Source: Veleropilina oligotropha (taxonomy: Eukaryota). From it: a stretch of DNA of 64,000 nucleotides. The notes under the pieces are model-generated. The model worked only from the letters and a program-made list of their open reading frames with translations, made no database searches and had not been told where the DNA came from. Shown here one piece after another: positions 50,541-63,814 of this stretch. The stretch spans positions 372,001-436,000 of the forward strand of contig JBEUKZ010000064.1 of the NCBI GenBank assembly GCA_048128005.1, written 5' to 3'. Made by a program: the position numbers and the translations under genes. Position 1 is the first letter of the stretch. Each line of letters starts with the position of its first letter.

Positions 50541-50799
50541 CGGATCAGTCTTTCAAGAGACATAATGTAAATACATAAAATTTAACATGGCCTTGACCTA
50601 ATCATTGAATGTGGCAGGCCCAATTGCTGGAGAGACATTATATTTGGTAAGGTTCACATTGTATAAAAATACTATCAAGATATGAAACGACCACCCGAGG
50701 GTATGTTATGATGTGGCGCCATTTACCGCATATCCATGTATGATTCCTATTATGCCTTTATGTCTGTCATTAGCGCCAAGTGAACGTTATATCATGCAA

Positions 50800-51004
50800 A
50801 GGGTTGGAAAAACGTTATGTGGGACGGTAGGATGTGGGTTCAAGCCCGCTTCGGCCTGGCTAATTCTAAGACTTAAAACGAATAGATGGCATGTCCTTAA
50901 TGTATGTCGGTCAGATCGGAGTGAGACCTTAAACCCGGTGTCCCGACCACGTTAAGGCTGAAATATTGCCAAAGAGGTCGTAAAACAAAGTTCTCAACTG
51001 AACT
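50800..51004 (+). mobile_element. Degenerate tRNA-derived SINE
   Basis: GGGTTCAAGCCC B-box, TCGGAGTGAGACCTTAAACCCGG motif, GCTGAAATATTGC..GTCGTAAAAC and an (AACT)-type tail. Confidence 0.55.
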
Positions 51005-52004
51005 ATATCGGGCAACATACATGGCAGACGTATTATGCAATTAATACAAGAAAGTTTTACCAGTCACTTGCATTTCTTGCATATCTTGTTTACGGTAAAG
51101 GCAGCAATACGGTGTCCTCGTTACCAAATCCGAAATGAATATGATATTTCTGCTCACCAAATATCTAATGATTGTTGTATATATTTATTTTGTAATTGAC
51201 TTATTGTAGAAGCGACGTTTCCTGATAACGACTGCAGTTTATATTCAAAATGTTAAAATATAATATATTTAAACAATCAATAATGATTTACATTGTTTTG
51301 TGTGGTATTTACAGTTATTTGAGCGTAGTCAATGAACTCAGTGAGAGTCGGGCATATGAAGCTTTTGAATTTTTCCGGTCGTCCGGGACAATCAAAATAA
51401 AAGTTCGGACAAGTTGAGTTCTTGCTTTCCTTGTCCGTCGGACAAGTGACTTAAAAACGCATATTTTACCTGTGACTAAGCAATTTTGTCAACTGTAGGT
51501 ATTGTCACACACACCAATCTTAATATTTTATTTAATGTTGTTCAAATAGTCTTAGCGGCGCTAATTCACTTAAAACGCGTGTGTTCAACTTCGTAAACAA
51601 CAAGCGATTCTTCCATTGCTAATGGCTGTCTTCCTTCTGTGGTCATATTATGTTACAGGTCTTTCTATTCGCTGTTTAATGATTGACATTCCATTCGGAA
51701 ATGTTCGGCCTTCTCCGTCACAATTATAGAAGCTATTCAATTTTCAATGCGGAAGTTGCAAGCATTTTGTTTACTGGCGAAAATAGCGATACTTGGGTAT
51801 TAAACGCAATTTTATGAATTGCTTTAGCCGTATTACGTTTAATAAGTGCGAAGCAAAGAGCTCGGAAATTCTGTATTGACGCGTAGAAGACCGGGCCGGT
51901 GACATGCAACCGTAATGACCAGGTGCCCGAAAATTAAAAAAAAACATGCATTGCTAACGTGAAAGATTTTACTAGACTTCACAACGGTTGGTACATTTGC
52001 TTAA

Positions 52005-52640
52005 AGTTGCATTGCCCGTATATATCGGATATCGTCCTACCATGGCCTATTTACATGTATGTGGATGTTATAAAAAGTTTTCATGATTCAAGGTGAAAGA
52101 ACCTACATTGTTTGTTGTTTTATAATAAAAAATCACTGCTGAAATCGGCGCTGGCCATTCTATGTTCGTTCTATGTGGCGGCCATTAAACTTGGCAAGGA
52201 TGCATACATTTCGTGTACACCAAAATCGTTTTGTCCTAAAAATGACATTTCGTCCATTTTCGAGCAAACTTTTTTTCGAAACACAGATGTTACGTCAAAT
52301 ATGAATGAATTATTTATCTAAGTTGCATGCAATATGAGAGTATTGTAAAATAGTAAATCAGTGATAATGTTGGATCTCAACCTTCAACAAATCCCAAGGT
52401 AACTTCTGCAGTGCCAAGCGAGACGAAATTTCTTTCTGCAAAATGGCCGCCACCCATAATAAAAAGGGGTCCCCTATTAATTATTTTTTACTTTTAATTC
52501 GTAGGCGCTCCAGGTACCCCGTCTATATAATTTTTTGGGAAAATTGCAAAGTTTCTAACTTTAGGTAACTGGCAAAAATACATTTGCAGTCCGGGGTTTA
52601 AAATTAAAAGCATTTTTCGCTACTTACGGGCAATGCATCT
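52005..52640. mobile_element. MITE with TTAA TSD (Kolobok-like)
   Basis: TTAA|AGTTGCATTGCCCGTA ... TACGGGCAATGCATCT|TTAA. Confidence 0.8.
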
Positions 52641-53197
52641 TTAAATGCCATTATGAAAATAATGAATGTTGAGTTTTTAACACATAATCATGGAAAAGCC
52701 GCGACTTTGTATCGTAATAAAGTTGTGATCGTATTATTTTTAAATAAAGGATAAATTTCAAGTGTTACTTAAAATTGTTTTGTTAGTTAAACTTTAATGT
52801 ATTTGAAATAACTTGCACCTATAATTATCATTTTGAACTTTCTTTCAAAGATATACAAATTATACTTTTGTAAACACAAAATAAGTAATTTATTTCAAAA
52901 GGATGAATTAAATGCACCATCCTGATACCAAGTATAACATCTATCATTCGAAATTAAAAAAGATAAGGGAAAATGCTCATTTCCAAACAATGACGAACAT
53001 TTTGACTTCAATCGATGATTAATGTTCTGTTTTTAAAAATCCGTTAGGTTCATACCGGCGATAACATGAACATATTATCGCGGGGGGGGGGGGGGGGGCA
53101 GTCCGTTCGCCAACTTATTCGGACAAGTGAAAATTTATTTCGAACAAGTAGGATTTGGCACCTACTTGTCCGACGGACAAGTAGACCAAAATCCTTA

Positions 53198-53426
53198 GGG
53201 CCGTATGCGCACGCCGAACTTTGAGTAAAGTCAAGCTTTGGGTAAATTTAAAACAGATTTAAAATAGAATTTGTTCGGGTTTAGGAAGCGCATTATTGCG
53301 ATAACAATGGGTTTTAATATGAGTGGCAGTAATTCACTTCCTAAACGGTTAAAACACACAAAATCGATTTTAAACTTTACCCAAAGCTCGACGCTGTACT
53401 CAAAGTTCGGCTTGCGCATACGGCCC
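53198..53426. mobile_element. PIF/Harbinger-like MITE, TTA TSD
   Basis: TTA|GGGCCGTATGCGCACGCCGAACTTTGAGTA ... TACTCAAAGTTCGGCTTGCGCATACGGCCC|TTA. Confidence 0.88.
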
Positions 53427-54461
53427 TTAATGTCAAGGCCTGACTGTAAATGACAAAGTGTTTCCGATTTTAATTTGTCAGCGACGTTAGTCTGCGATTG
53501 AATGATTAATTAGAAGATATGAATTAAACGGCTGATTAATGTCTAGCGTATTTGGAGCAAATAAAGAATTTATGATAGCCTGAATATTTGAAAATATACC
53601 CATCGTACCAGGTGCTGTAATTTTGCAACATGACAACACAGGTTGCATAGCCTACAATATCGCCTCTGTCAAAGGGTCTGTTTGTGTATTTTATAATAAG
53701 TTTTTGTCACGTGTAATGACGATGGACAGCATGTATCCCTTTGGCCAAGGTAAAATTCATTATTTGGACAAAAAGACTATTTAAAGCAATTTATAATCTG
53801 GGTTGTCTATTTATTTGTGACAAACAACGGTAAATCACCAGGTACAACTAAGTTGGTCGCATTATGTGTCAAGTCGCTAGCACGAGTGCGAATTGTTCGT
53901 TGTTTACCGATATTATGTCTCTAATCGAATTGGAAATTTAGAATCATAATTGGTATGATCTCATATAATGACTATTAGGAACCGGCCAGGGTCACTATTG
54001 ACACTAGCCCAATAAACTTGGCAAATGGAGACGAGTACTGGATATTTAGTAAATCATTGCTCTAGCCATTTTCAATGATTTTGTTTTCCATGTTTGCAAA
54101 TAAAGTAGTTTACATGCGTATCCATTTCCGTCCTGAAATGCGGCTCGCATGATAATAATCGCCAAGTGGTTATCTTAGTTAATAGTTTAGGTCGCAGGAA
54201 CTACAAAAAATGTTTAAATAGAATACTTGAAAATAAAGTTAGTAGTCCAATTATATCATCGTCCTTTTCGTCCTTGCCTCTGTCACTTTTCGCTTGTGGC
54301 ATCGACTTCCTGTTTTCCTATATTTAAACATTATTCATGTGGAAGTTATAACTTGATATGGTTATGTCTTTTAACTTATATCACCAACCTTTAGCATAGA
54401 AAGCACTCTATTAAATCATGACATAATATTAACGTTAGCGTTGCTAACATATATAGGCAAT

Positions 54462-56135
54462 AGAGAGGTTTCGCAATCTAACGCGAACGTGTACCTGTAC
54501 GCGAAGATCAGATTACAACACAGAACGTCATCAATTTGTGTACAAAAGCTGCTGAGACTATAAATGGTAACCGCGAATACAGGCGTTCACGTTTGTTCCT
54601 AACGTTAATGCCGAACACATAAAATAAACACATAATATGAATGTATACGATGATATTTCAATACGTTTGGATCGTATGTATGAATTAGATTCAATTATAT
54701 TTGATGTGAATTTATGAGAATATATTTGATTTGCAAGATAAACACCACACAACGCTAAAACGAAATGGCCAATAGAACTTTAATGCAATGCACTTCAAGT
54801 CTGATACAAATCATGGCATTGTGTTGAATCAGTTCGAGAACGAGGCTAGAAAGGTATTCCTCGAGACGGGGAGTCTAACCTCAGAAAAATGAAAACAATA
54901 TGAAATGCAGTGAAGGAAGTTTGGTAGACTCGTAAAGATATATGACTGATAAATTCACACCCATGAATCAAAACATATAATAGTGTTGTTCGTTGATTTT
55001 ATTAAATATATTTAAGTGTAATATGTAGGTAAATTCACCAAAATATAATTTAAAAAACTTGCTTATTTTTTGCTTAATCCTCTTTAAATTACCGTTTATT
55101 TTGCATTAATGTATAGCTAAACAAGTATGAAAGTTTCCTCCTCTTTCAATAGACCACGGAACATTTATTAATATGGCAACATATATATTGATTTAACAAC
55201 GAAAAAACAAATATTCACGTCAATCAATTATATAGGTCGATACACATGTAACATCTAAATGATATCAAACTCTATTGACTCAACAATTTCATGGATGAGA
55301 GAGTTCGATATCACTTATTTTATAATTTTCAGACTGTCATATCGTTTCGATTTAGCAATTTATCTCTGTGTCCGTCCGTGATATAAATTTCATGAACAAA
55401 ATTAAAAAACAAAATTTGTGGCCCTCTGTCGCAGTCACTATACCATATACGATATTTTTAAATAAAACCACTCTAATATTGCTCTTAAACAGAAATAAAG
55501 ATACGTACAAACTTATATGTCTGTGCGCATGTGTATTCGTGAGTGCTTGCATACGATTTGCTAATACGACGTGTTACATGTTTCGGGGAGTGAGCTTACG
55601 TGAATACAACGACGTACAGGTTGTTTTTATCCCGTGAACATCAACCGACACGGTTCTATATCTGGCCAATGGGTTCAGGTAGCAAATAATGATTACATCA
55701 TGGTGAAATTTGCATATTACCCATACACCATAGGTCCACGTTCAAGTTCACTCTGCGAAAGAGCATTTCAAGGCTACGTGTGCACGAGAAACGTGTAGAA
55801 ATTTCTCATATGAATGATTTATTTTGTCATTTGATCATTGATTGACCATCACTAATCTAATGATAAAATAAAAAATCAGCTATTGCTACATCGCCACAAT
55901 CATGATAATTACATAATTTTGTAAATTAGAATACCTTTAATAATATGATAGGGTACATGGACACATTTATATTGTCAGATGACTGTGCATTGCCTTCTGG
56001 AGCCATTACAGATACACGACAGGTCGATCTGCGAAAGCCAAAACCGATTAAAACGTTTACGTGAACGTGTAACTATCTAATTGACCCTGTTCACGTTACA
56101 GGTACACGTACACGGGACATTTGCGAAACCTCTCT
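54462..56135. mobile_element. 1.67-kb non-autonomous DNA transposon, 3-bp AAT TSD (PIF/Harbinger-like)
   Basis: AAT|AGAGAGGTTTCGCAA ... TTGCGAAACCTCTCT|AAT, with subterminal ACGTGTACCTGTA / TACAGGTACACGT. No transposase ORF. Confidence 0.78.
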
Positions 56136-56399
56136 AATATAATAATTTGTGCATGCGTGTAGAAGCGAATATAACTATTTTTCCAGCATCACATGTAAAA
56201 CACAGACGTGGTTAACGAAAGTTTTCGTATCTATAGCTGAATGGTCTCATGTTGACAAAAGTAATATCATTAATTAGCTTTAATTACATGCTAAAGACAC
56301 TGATATACAATATGCAAATTTATTTCTTCATATTATCTAGATAATATATCCTGATCGGCGCCTCGATCTGTTCGGCGGTTTCGGACAAGAGTTTTTAAA

Positions 56400-56637
56400 A
56401 AGGGGTCCATTTTTTGGAAAATACAAGATATCGTCCAAACCACAATTCAGAGAAAGTCAATTTTGCAGTTTCACACGAGTTCCTATTATACCTGTCCACT
56501 TCTGAATTTTGAAATGTATCACATTTGTAGTTTCAGAGATACGTAAGGAACAAACAATCACAAAATAATAATAATAATAATAATAATTTCTTGAATAACA
56601 ATAGGGTTTCAGCCTTTTCAAGGCTTGAAGCCCTAAT
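56400..56637 (-). mobile_element. 5' end of a Helentron-like element (same family as 45509-47220)
   Basis: (AAT)n then CAATAGGGTTTCAGCCTTTTCAAGGCTTGAAGCCCTAAT. Confidence 0.65.
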
Positions 56638-56829
56638 GAGACGGTGAAAGCCAGAAATCTCTATGACTATAATAGGTGAGCAAAAACAATAAATGACCTG
56701 CTGGGATCCGGATATGGATCGGGATAGTTAGGGGTATTTTCGGGTTTAGTGGCGTCTTATCCTTGTTTTAAATAGTAAATCGGACCAGTAGACAGACAGA
56801 CAATTTCTGACAACCGACCCAATGTCAAA

Positions 56830-57349
56830 AGCCCCATTTACACGTCCAAAGTAAAATCAAAATTAATCCGGATAACAGTTATCCAGATAACAGATAATAA
56901 ACCACGTAACATTGTACCCGTTCACACGTACGGGCTTACTCTATCCGGATAATTTGCACACGGCCCGTATATTGCAAGTTATCCGGATAGAGTATAGCGC
57001 ATGCGTAATTCAATAGCAGAAACTCATAATGGCGGACAATCAGAATAGGAGGTTATTTTTATTTTATCAATTTTTACACCATCGACCAATCTTCGCTATG
57101 GTTGTATACGCATGCGCGTCCTTAATTAGATACCGGATTGATCGACGAACCGTACACGGGCAAATTCAATCCGGATAACGCAAAATACCGGATTCAAATC
57201 TACCTCGGTAGGTGGATTCAAATCCAGAAAAATTAATCCGGATATTATGTACATGAACCGTTAATACGGCAAACAGTTATCCGGATGTATCTAGATAAGT
57301 AAATATCCGGATTGAAATTCATTATTTTTGTGTTCGTGTAAACTGGGCT
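56830..57349. mobile_element. MITE (Harbinger-like) rich in ATCCGGAT motifs
   Basis: Imperfect TIRs AGCCCCATTACACG / CGTGTAAACTGGGCT, with many internal ATCCGGAT palindromes. Confidence 0.6.
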
Positions 57350-57363
57350 AATGCCCTTCGCTC

Positions 57364-57789
57364 AACCCTACGTGTAGAAGATAAATATCGAATAGCTGGA
57401 TGCCGCCCATAACCCTACGTGTAGAAGATAAATATCGAATAGCTGGATGCCGCCCATAACCCTACGTGTATAAGATAATTATTGAATAGCTGGATGCCGC
57501 CCATAACCCTACGTGTAGAAGATAAATATCGAATAGCTGTATGCCGCCCATAATCCTAGTATAGAAGATAAATATCGAATAGCTGGATGCCGCCAATAAT
57601 CCTACGTATAGAAGATAAATATCGAATAGCTGTATGCCGCCCATAACCCTACGTGTAGAAGATAAATATCGAATAGCTGGATGCCGCCCATAATCCTACG
57701 TGTAGAAGATAAATATCGAATAGCTGTATGCCGCCCATAACCCTACGTGTAGAAGATAAATATCGAATAGCTGGATGCCTGCCGCCCAT
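57364..57789. repeat. 47-bp minisatellite, about 9 copies
   Basis: CCCTACGTGTAGAAGATAAATATCGAATAGCTGGATGCCGCCCATAA repeated. Confidence 0.95.
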
Positions 57790-58317
57790 GCAGCATTGAA
57801 TAAAGGCTGATTTACGGCTGATTTCGAAAACGCAATGAAATTAATATGACCTTTAATTATTAACTTGTATATTTCAAATCGAATCGAAAAGATTAAATAT
57901 GCCATCTATAATAGTTTGAAACAAAGCGGCTAAAGTGCATTATAGTTAGGCCCAATTCACCTTTCATTTATAGAACGTGAAAACAAATGAGATAATAAAT
58001 CAGTAAGCAAACAAGTCTTTTCCCTTTCCATTAGTGTGAGTGTTAAATAGTGATGGTTCACCTGAGTATACACGAAGTAAGTAAATCATCAAGGAAACAA
58101 ACACGTCATGTACATCACCCTCTTAACTTCGTGCGTGTACACCTGGATGCCCATTCAGTTAATGAGCAGTCATGTTTGTTGCATCTATCCTGTTGCAATG
58201 AAGACGATGCCTGGATGCGAGTACATTAAAGTACCATGATGCTTGTTGATGTTTCCATTAATGTTTCCATGGATTAAATTGCATTAAACAATTTTATGAC
58301 GCCATTCTATTGTCTCT

Positions 58318-58567
58318 GCCCGTGGTCTAACTGACCATGCATATTGTCAGTTAGACGGCGGGGGACTATTTTCTTACACTAAAATTGTTATCAAAATCAT
58401 ATATTTTAAATTATTGAACACGTTTGCAATTAAATGGTTTAAGTCGGTTATATCACTCGGTTTGAGTTATCTAATTGGAGAAACCCGTGCAGTTAAACAA
58501 CTCGACGCTTCGAGCCTCGTGATTTAACTGCAGGCTTTTCCAATTAGAAAACTAAACTTCGTGGTAC
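58318..58567 (+). repeat. Palindrome-rich dispersed repeat, with an inverted copy at 63815-64000
   Basis: AAATGGTTTAAGTCGGTTATATCACTC..CCCGTGCAGTTAA..TTAACTGCAGGCTTTTCC matches the reverse complement of the window end. Confidence 0.8.
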
Positions 58568-59282
58568 TTTATGTGTTAATAATTGAACACCAGTCTAGTT
58601 GTCAAGAAAATAAAATGCAAATATTTTCTTTCTTGTACGTTTTGAGTTTTAACCCGTGGAGGTATAGTAGACATATAGTATAACTGTTGTAATCAACCCA
58701 GAGGCGCATTCGCATTTGATGATGGAAATATGGTGTCGAAACATTAACCTTTATTATCACGACATAATGATACCATCGATCTTAGTACCGTACAGTAAAT
58801 ATTATTAATCTGCGTAATGTATGTGATATAACGACACAATTCTTCTAATCTGACGATTAACCTGTCTCACCACAACATGTGATGGTAGTATATGCAATAC
58901 ACTTCAGGAATATAAGGAATACAACGTCAATTTGGGGTTGATCTCCCCAGAATGAGCAATATACATCGAGTGGGGAGATGATCGATGTGCTTAACCCACA
59001 TGGAATTCCATGCCATAACACCTTTTTAAACCAAACACGAATCTGTTATCGTGAATTGCAAACAAACAAATTCAGGACCAGCAAACAATGCAGAAATGAG
59101 ATTACACCACACGCAAAGCACAAGAACGTTTTAATGCGTCTATTGTTATTATATAGCAACTATTACAATGTTTCTCCTATTTTGACTGGCACTAATGTCC
59201 TTAAAGGGCCCAAGTGAACACAGTCTTGTTCATAATAACGTATAGATTGAAAAAAATCTGCTCTACGTTTGTTTTTAAAATA

Positions 59283-59703
59283 GAGATGTGCATGCACCCC
59301 CGGCGGGCCTTACACCCTCGCTCCAAGTGAGATGCGCATGCACCCCTGGCGGGCCTTACACCATCGCTCCAATTGAGATGCGCATGCACCCCCGGCGGGC
59401 CTTACACCCTCGCTCCAAGTGGGATGCGCATGCACCCCCGGCGGGCCTTATACACCCTCGCTCCAAGTGAGATGCGCATGCACCCCCGGCGGGCCTTACA
59501 CCCTCGCTCCAAGTGAGATGCGCATGCACCCCCGGCGGGCCTTATACACCCTCGCTCCAAGTGAGATGCGCATGCACCCCCGGCGGGCCTTACACCCTCG
59601 CTCCAAGTGAGATGCGCATGCACCCCCGACGGACCTTACACCCTCGCTCCAAGTGGGATGCGCATGCACCCCCGGCGGGCCTTACACCCTCGCTCCAAGT
59701 GGG
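59283..59703. repeat. 46-bp GC-rich minisatellite, about 9 copies
   Basis: GAGATGCGCATGCACCCCCGGCGGGCCTTACACCCTCGCTCCAAGT repeated; two units carry an extra TA. Confidence 0.95.
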
Positions 59704-60171
59704 TAACTTCCGAACGCTATTATTAACCCTTAGCTTTATTAACGCGTCCGACCGTATACAGATCAGACGAGGAGAGTGCATAGCGTGACGGGTACAGAGA
59801 GACAACGGGATTGGTGTTTTAAGTATTAGATCGTTTCGAACAGAACGAGAATGACATTTGGCGTAAATTAGTTAAAGGGAGACCACTCTTATCAACATAC
59901 GAACAGAAAAGACGCCGGGATGCAAAATTAAAAATAACCAAGCGGGCATTTCGACAAACCTGACATGTATGTAATTACATAATTTCAATTATATCATGGA
60001 ATTTATATATAATACAAGTAGTGTAGTAGCATAGAATATTTGGCCTGCTATATAATACCATATGGACCACTACATCTTGTCAACGCAATAGCGTATAGTA
60101 GCGTTTCAGTCGAAATATTTTATTTAAAAATATGGTCTTATTTGCTCATTTCTACCACAGTGCACACCTTA

Positions 60172-60821
60172 TGCCCCCCTGACACTTGCATGAATTTTGG
60201 TCACGAATAGGTCCGCATGGTGGCGTGCCAATGATGGAACTAGTCGTGAAAGCGTGATTGGGGCTTCGTGTCAAGTGCGTACGTGCGCGCCAGCCCGTGC
60301 CAGATTTTTGAAATTTTCAAAAAAGTGTCACGCCATATTTTCGTGCCAGCGGCGTGGCTAATGCGCAAATTGTGCGCGACTTGTACGTAATAATTGCGGG
60401 TCAGTGAGTGTCACTGTTTGCCATTGCGTACCTTAAAGCGTCCCTAGGCGTGAGCATTCGCACCCCAAATTCCTGAACGATGACTTCACGCATGCGTAAG
60501 TATGGCGTGTCAATGAGTAACCATTTGTGCCACTGAGTGGACATGCATGCACAGGCGTAACATCATCGCAACTTATGCGCAAGTATTGCCAATCTTCACT
60601 ATGGCATAGTGAAGATTGGCATGGCGTACCATTGCGCAACATGGACGTGTCACACGTTTGTGTCAGATGCGCACATAGTTCGTAACTAATGCGTGTTAGC
60701 TGGCACGACATGGCGTAACCTGACAAGTTTCGGGCCCCAAATTGACACTTTTTGGCGCGTGATGGCACGCCACCATGCGTACCTATTCGTGACCAACATT
60801 CGTGCAAGTGTCAGGGGGGCA
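60172..60821. mobile_element. PIF/Harbinger-like MITE, TIRs of about 58 bp, TTA TSD
   Basis: TTA|TGCCCCCCTGACACTTGCA..GGTCACGAATAGG ... CCTATTCGTGACC..TGCAAGTGTCAGGGGGGCA|TTA. Confidence 0.9.
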
Positions 60822-60884
60822 TTACTCGTTTTTCTTAGCGATAGCCCCTTATGGATATGCCTACTCTTCACGGTCAGTGAAGTT

Positions 60885-61302
60885 CAGGCGCGGATCCAAG
60901 GGGGGGGGGGGGCGCACCCGGCGCGCGCCCCCCCCTAAAATTGGCCAAGCATACTAAAATAATATGTATAATCTGATACAAATGACTTTCAGAACATTAT
61001 AATTAGGCTGTTGCAATGTAATAATGCAGGAGGGGGGATTTCACATCGTTAATTTTCTTGCGCGTGGGGCGCCGACCCCACGCGGACAATTCGATGATGA
61101 CAAAATAAAATACAAATTTGACTCGTGCTATTTGAGTGACGGTGGTTCATAAAAAGTTAGAATGAAATATCGCTTTTGCCCTGTCAGAGTGCAGGAGAGG
61201 GGGTTTCAGGCTGTTGATTCTCAAAATTTTCTTTCGCGTGGGGCCCCGCGATAGTAAATTCAGCGCCCACCCCCCTAAGCGAAATTCCTGGATCCGCGCC
61301 TG
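60885..61302. mobile_element. hAT-like MITE with 5-bp TSD
   Basis: AAGTT|CAGGCGCGGATCCA ... TGGATCCGCGCCTG|AAGTT, with subterminal poly-G/poly-C. Confidence 0.88.
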
Positions 61303-61319
61303 AAGTTAGTCAGACAAAC

Positions 61320-63150
61320 AGCGAATTCATTCTCTTGGATAATCACTTCTATATCCAGGATAGGAGGTTAGGTTTTCTTTGAATTCCGTCAATTTTACAA
61401 CGATCACATTCAGAGAATTTTCATTTGCATTTTGTAGTTGATATAATTGATCTACGACTATCTTAAAGAGCTGTTGGGCGAAAAGGCCAAAAAGGATCGC
61501 CTTGTTGCACTTGGAGATTGGAATGCTGGGGTTGGTGAAGGCAGTGAAGAAAGAGAAGTTGGATCATTTGGGTTTGATAGCAAGAATGACATAAATTTGT
61601 GATTTATGCATCAGAATGAACATCACCAACACGTGATTCTATCGCGACCCAAAGAAACGGATCGTGTGGAGGATGCCGGGAGATGTGAGGAGATTTCGAA
61701 TAGATTGAATCCTTGTAAGATGCAGGTACACGAATTGTGTGAAGAATCCCAGTTCCTTTCCTGGTGCAGATGTTGGTTGCCATGAAGGTTATAATGTGTC
61801 TTAAAAGATTGAAAAGCAAGAAAAAGAAGAAAGCGAGGTGGAATCTATAAAAGCTCCAAGGTTCTGATAGCGAAAGATTCAGGAATGAAGTTGACGACAG
61901 CCTAAAGAAGGAGAACAGATCGGATGATGTACATGACAGCTGGACCAGTTTCAAGAGTTCTATCTTGAAGAGCGCAAAGGAATATCGGTTTCATAGTAAT
62001 ATGACTATGAAGACACGAAGAATCAAAGGCGTAAATACGGACACCCCAACAATGAATTGAGAATGCAGATTGATAATGGGAGGAAAAAGGTCGTGGCAAT
62101 ATGATGAGTTGGGTGCTTATGAAAAAGTAGTAAGATCGAAGGCAAACTCAGCTGGTGTAATGAGCAGGAATGGAATCATGCTCACTGACCTATATGGTGT
62201 TAAAGGAAGAAGGACACAGAATGCAGAAGACTTGTGTGCGAAAAAGGACTAACCGGATGTCAGGCATGCTGATTGTAAAGGACCTGTTCTCCTAGACAGT
62301 GAAATTATGGAAGACGGAAGGTGCTGATGGAATTCTGGCAGAGATGATGAAAACGCAAGGAGAGGCAGGAATCGATTATCTCGTCGCATTATGCAAGTCG
62401 ATAGACATGAAAGGCGAATGTTCAGATGATTTTCACATGTACGTGAAATGCACCGAACATCGCACTATGTAATAGTCTCATTGTACACAAAACGTAAGTC
62501 ATTCTGAACGTTCTTACCCGCAGAATCGAAGCAGAGGCAATGGACTATATCGGCAATAATCAGTTCGACTTCGTGAGTGGGACAAGGGAGGCAACAGCAG
62601 TGATGAGAGTGATTGCTGAGAGGAGCATCGATTACGGAAAAGGGTTTCGAGCAGACGGTCACGAAGAGAAATGAGACAGGGTTGACCCCTCTCACTATTA
62701 TTGTTCAACTTCTATGCAGAAACTATGGTAAAAGAGACACATAATGTTATTGACAGAAAGCGTTGAACAACAGGAATTTGAAGAAGAGATTAGTCCGTGT
62801 TTTGGATTGATCTGATGTACGGGGCTGAAGCGTGGACACAAAGGAATGCTGACATCAGACGTCTGGAGAGCTGTAAAATGGGGTTTAAGCAAAGAATAAA
62901 ATGATTAGCAACGACGAGCTCCTGGGGATGGTGGGAGAGAAAAGAACAGGTAGAATAACGAGATCGGTCATGTCCTCCGGAATGAATGAATGTCATCGAA
63001 GGCAAACGCTGGGGCTTAGGCCGTAGGGTCGGAAGAGAATGGCACTGCTTGTTGGTATAAAGAAAATGGGCCCCTATGACGATCTTAAAAGGAGAGCCCA
63101 TCGATAGGGAACGCTGAAATGTCACGAGTCCTGGACCTGTCACTGGCAGA
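61320..63150 (+). mobile_element. Heavily decayed RTE-type LINE
   Basis: LVALGDWNAGVGEG (APE motif) near 61500 and LMYGAEAWT near 62810. Many deletions and stops. Ends approximate. Confidence 0.72.
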
Positions 63151-63295
63151 CGTGTTTGCTTTTATGATACTAAAAGTAATTACTCTCTGGAGAAGCGTTA
63201 GAAACGACCGCCATACACAGACATCTCAGCAATGGTTGTCGACCATGGTCACAAATTGTCGTTACATGGCTTCGATTGAAATTTTAAACATATAT

Positions 63296-63419
63296 TTAAC
63301 GGTCACAGTTGTCCATAACCGGCCGGTGAGATTGTATTTTCACGGACGATAATGTGGACATATTCTGGTGTGAACTTGAATGTTGTTAAAACGAGAAAGT
63401 AAACATGGATCAAAATCCT
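63296..63419 (+). mobile_element. Diverged, unexpanded SINE-A2 fragment
   Basis: TTAACGGTCACAGTTGTCCATAACCGGCCG (the satellite 1 core) followed by CGATAATGTGGACAT (the satellite 2 core) and a CAAAATCC tail. Confidence 0.7.
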
Positions 63420-63814
63420 GGACACTCCTGCGACGAGTTTAATATACAGTATGTGCAAGAGGGAGGGGCATAATATTATATATATATTCACGAACTTCGT
63501 CCAAAATCTACTGTATTCAACATTATTATATAAATAATGGGGACATAGCATAACTGATCAGTTAATCCGATGGTCAAATGGATAAAAGCGTTGCTTTCAA
63601 TTTACTCATACTGACTATTCCATTTTCATGGAGTGAGTTTGAAAACAGTCGTATAGCTTGTTGACAGTCATAACTGGGTGATTGGTTTTATTCCCCGCAC
63701 TAATATGGTTATATGCATTGGTATAACCCTTAAGGGTGATATGACAAACAAAAATCCAACCATCCACATGATACTAGTACAAAAGGAATGAGAAACGCAG
63801 ATTAATAAGTATAG

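Larger units (their letters stand above)
51350..53442. mobile_element. Degenerate non-autonomous DNA transposon (hAT-like) hosting two MITEs
   Basis: Subterminal CTTGTCCG(T/A)CGGACAAG palindromes near both ends. The right terminus TTAATGTCAAGGCCTG is reconstituted when the Harbinger MITE is removed. The left end is unclear. Confidence 0.5.

Noticed and set aside
59283..59703. 46-bp minisatellite as another SINE-A derivative
   Set aside because: Only GGCCTTACACCC (12 bp) is shared with one diverged copy near 43405, and no flanking SINE arms are seen.
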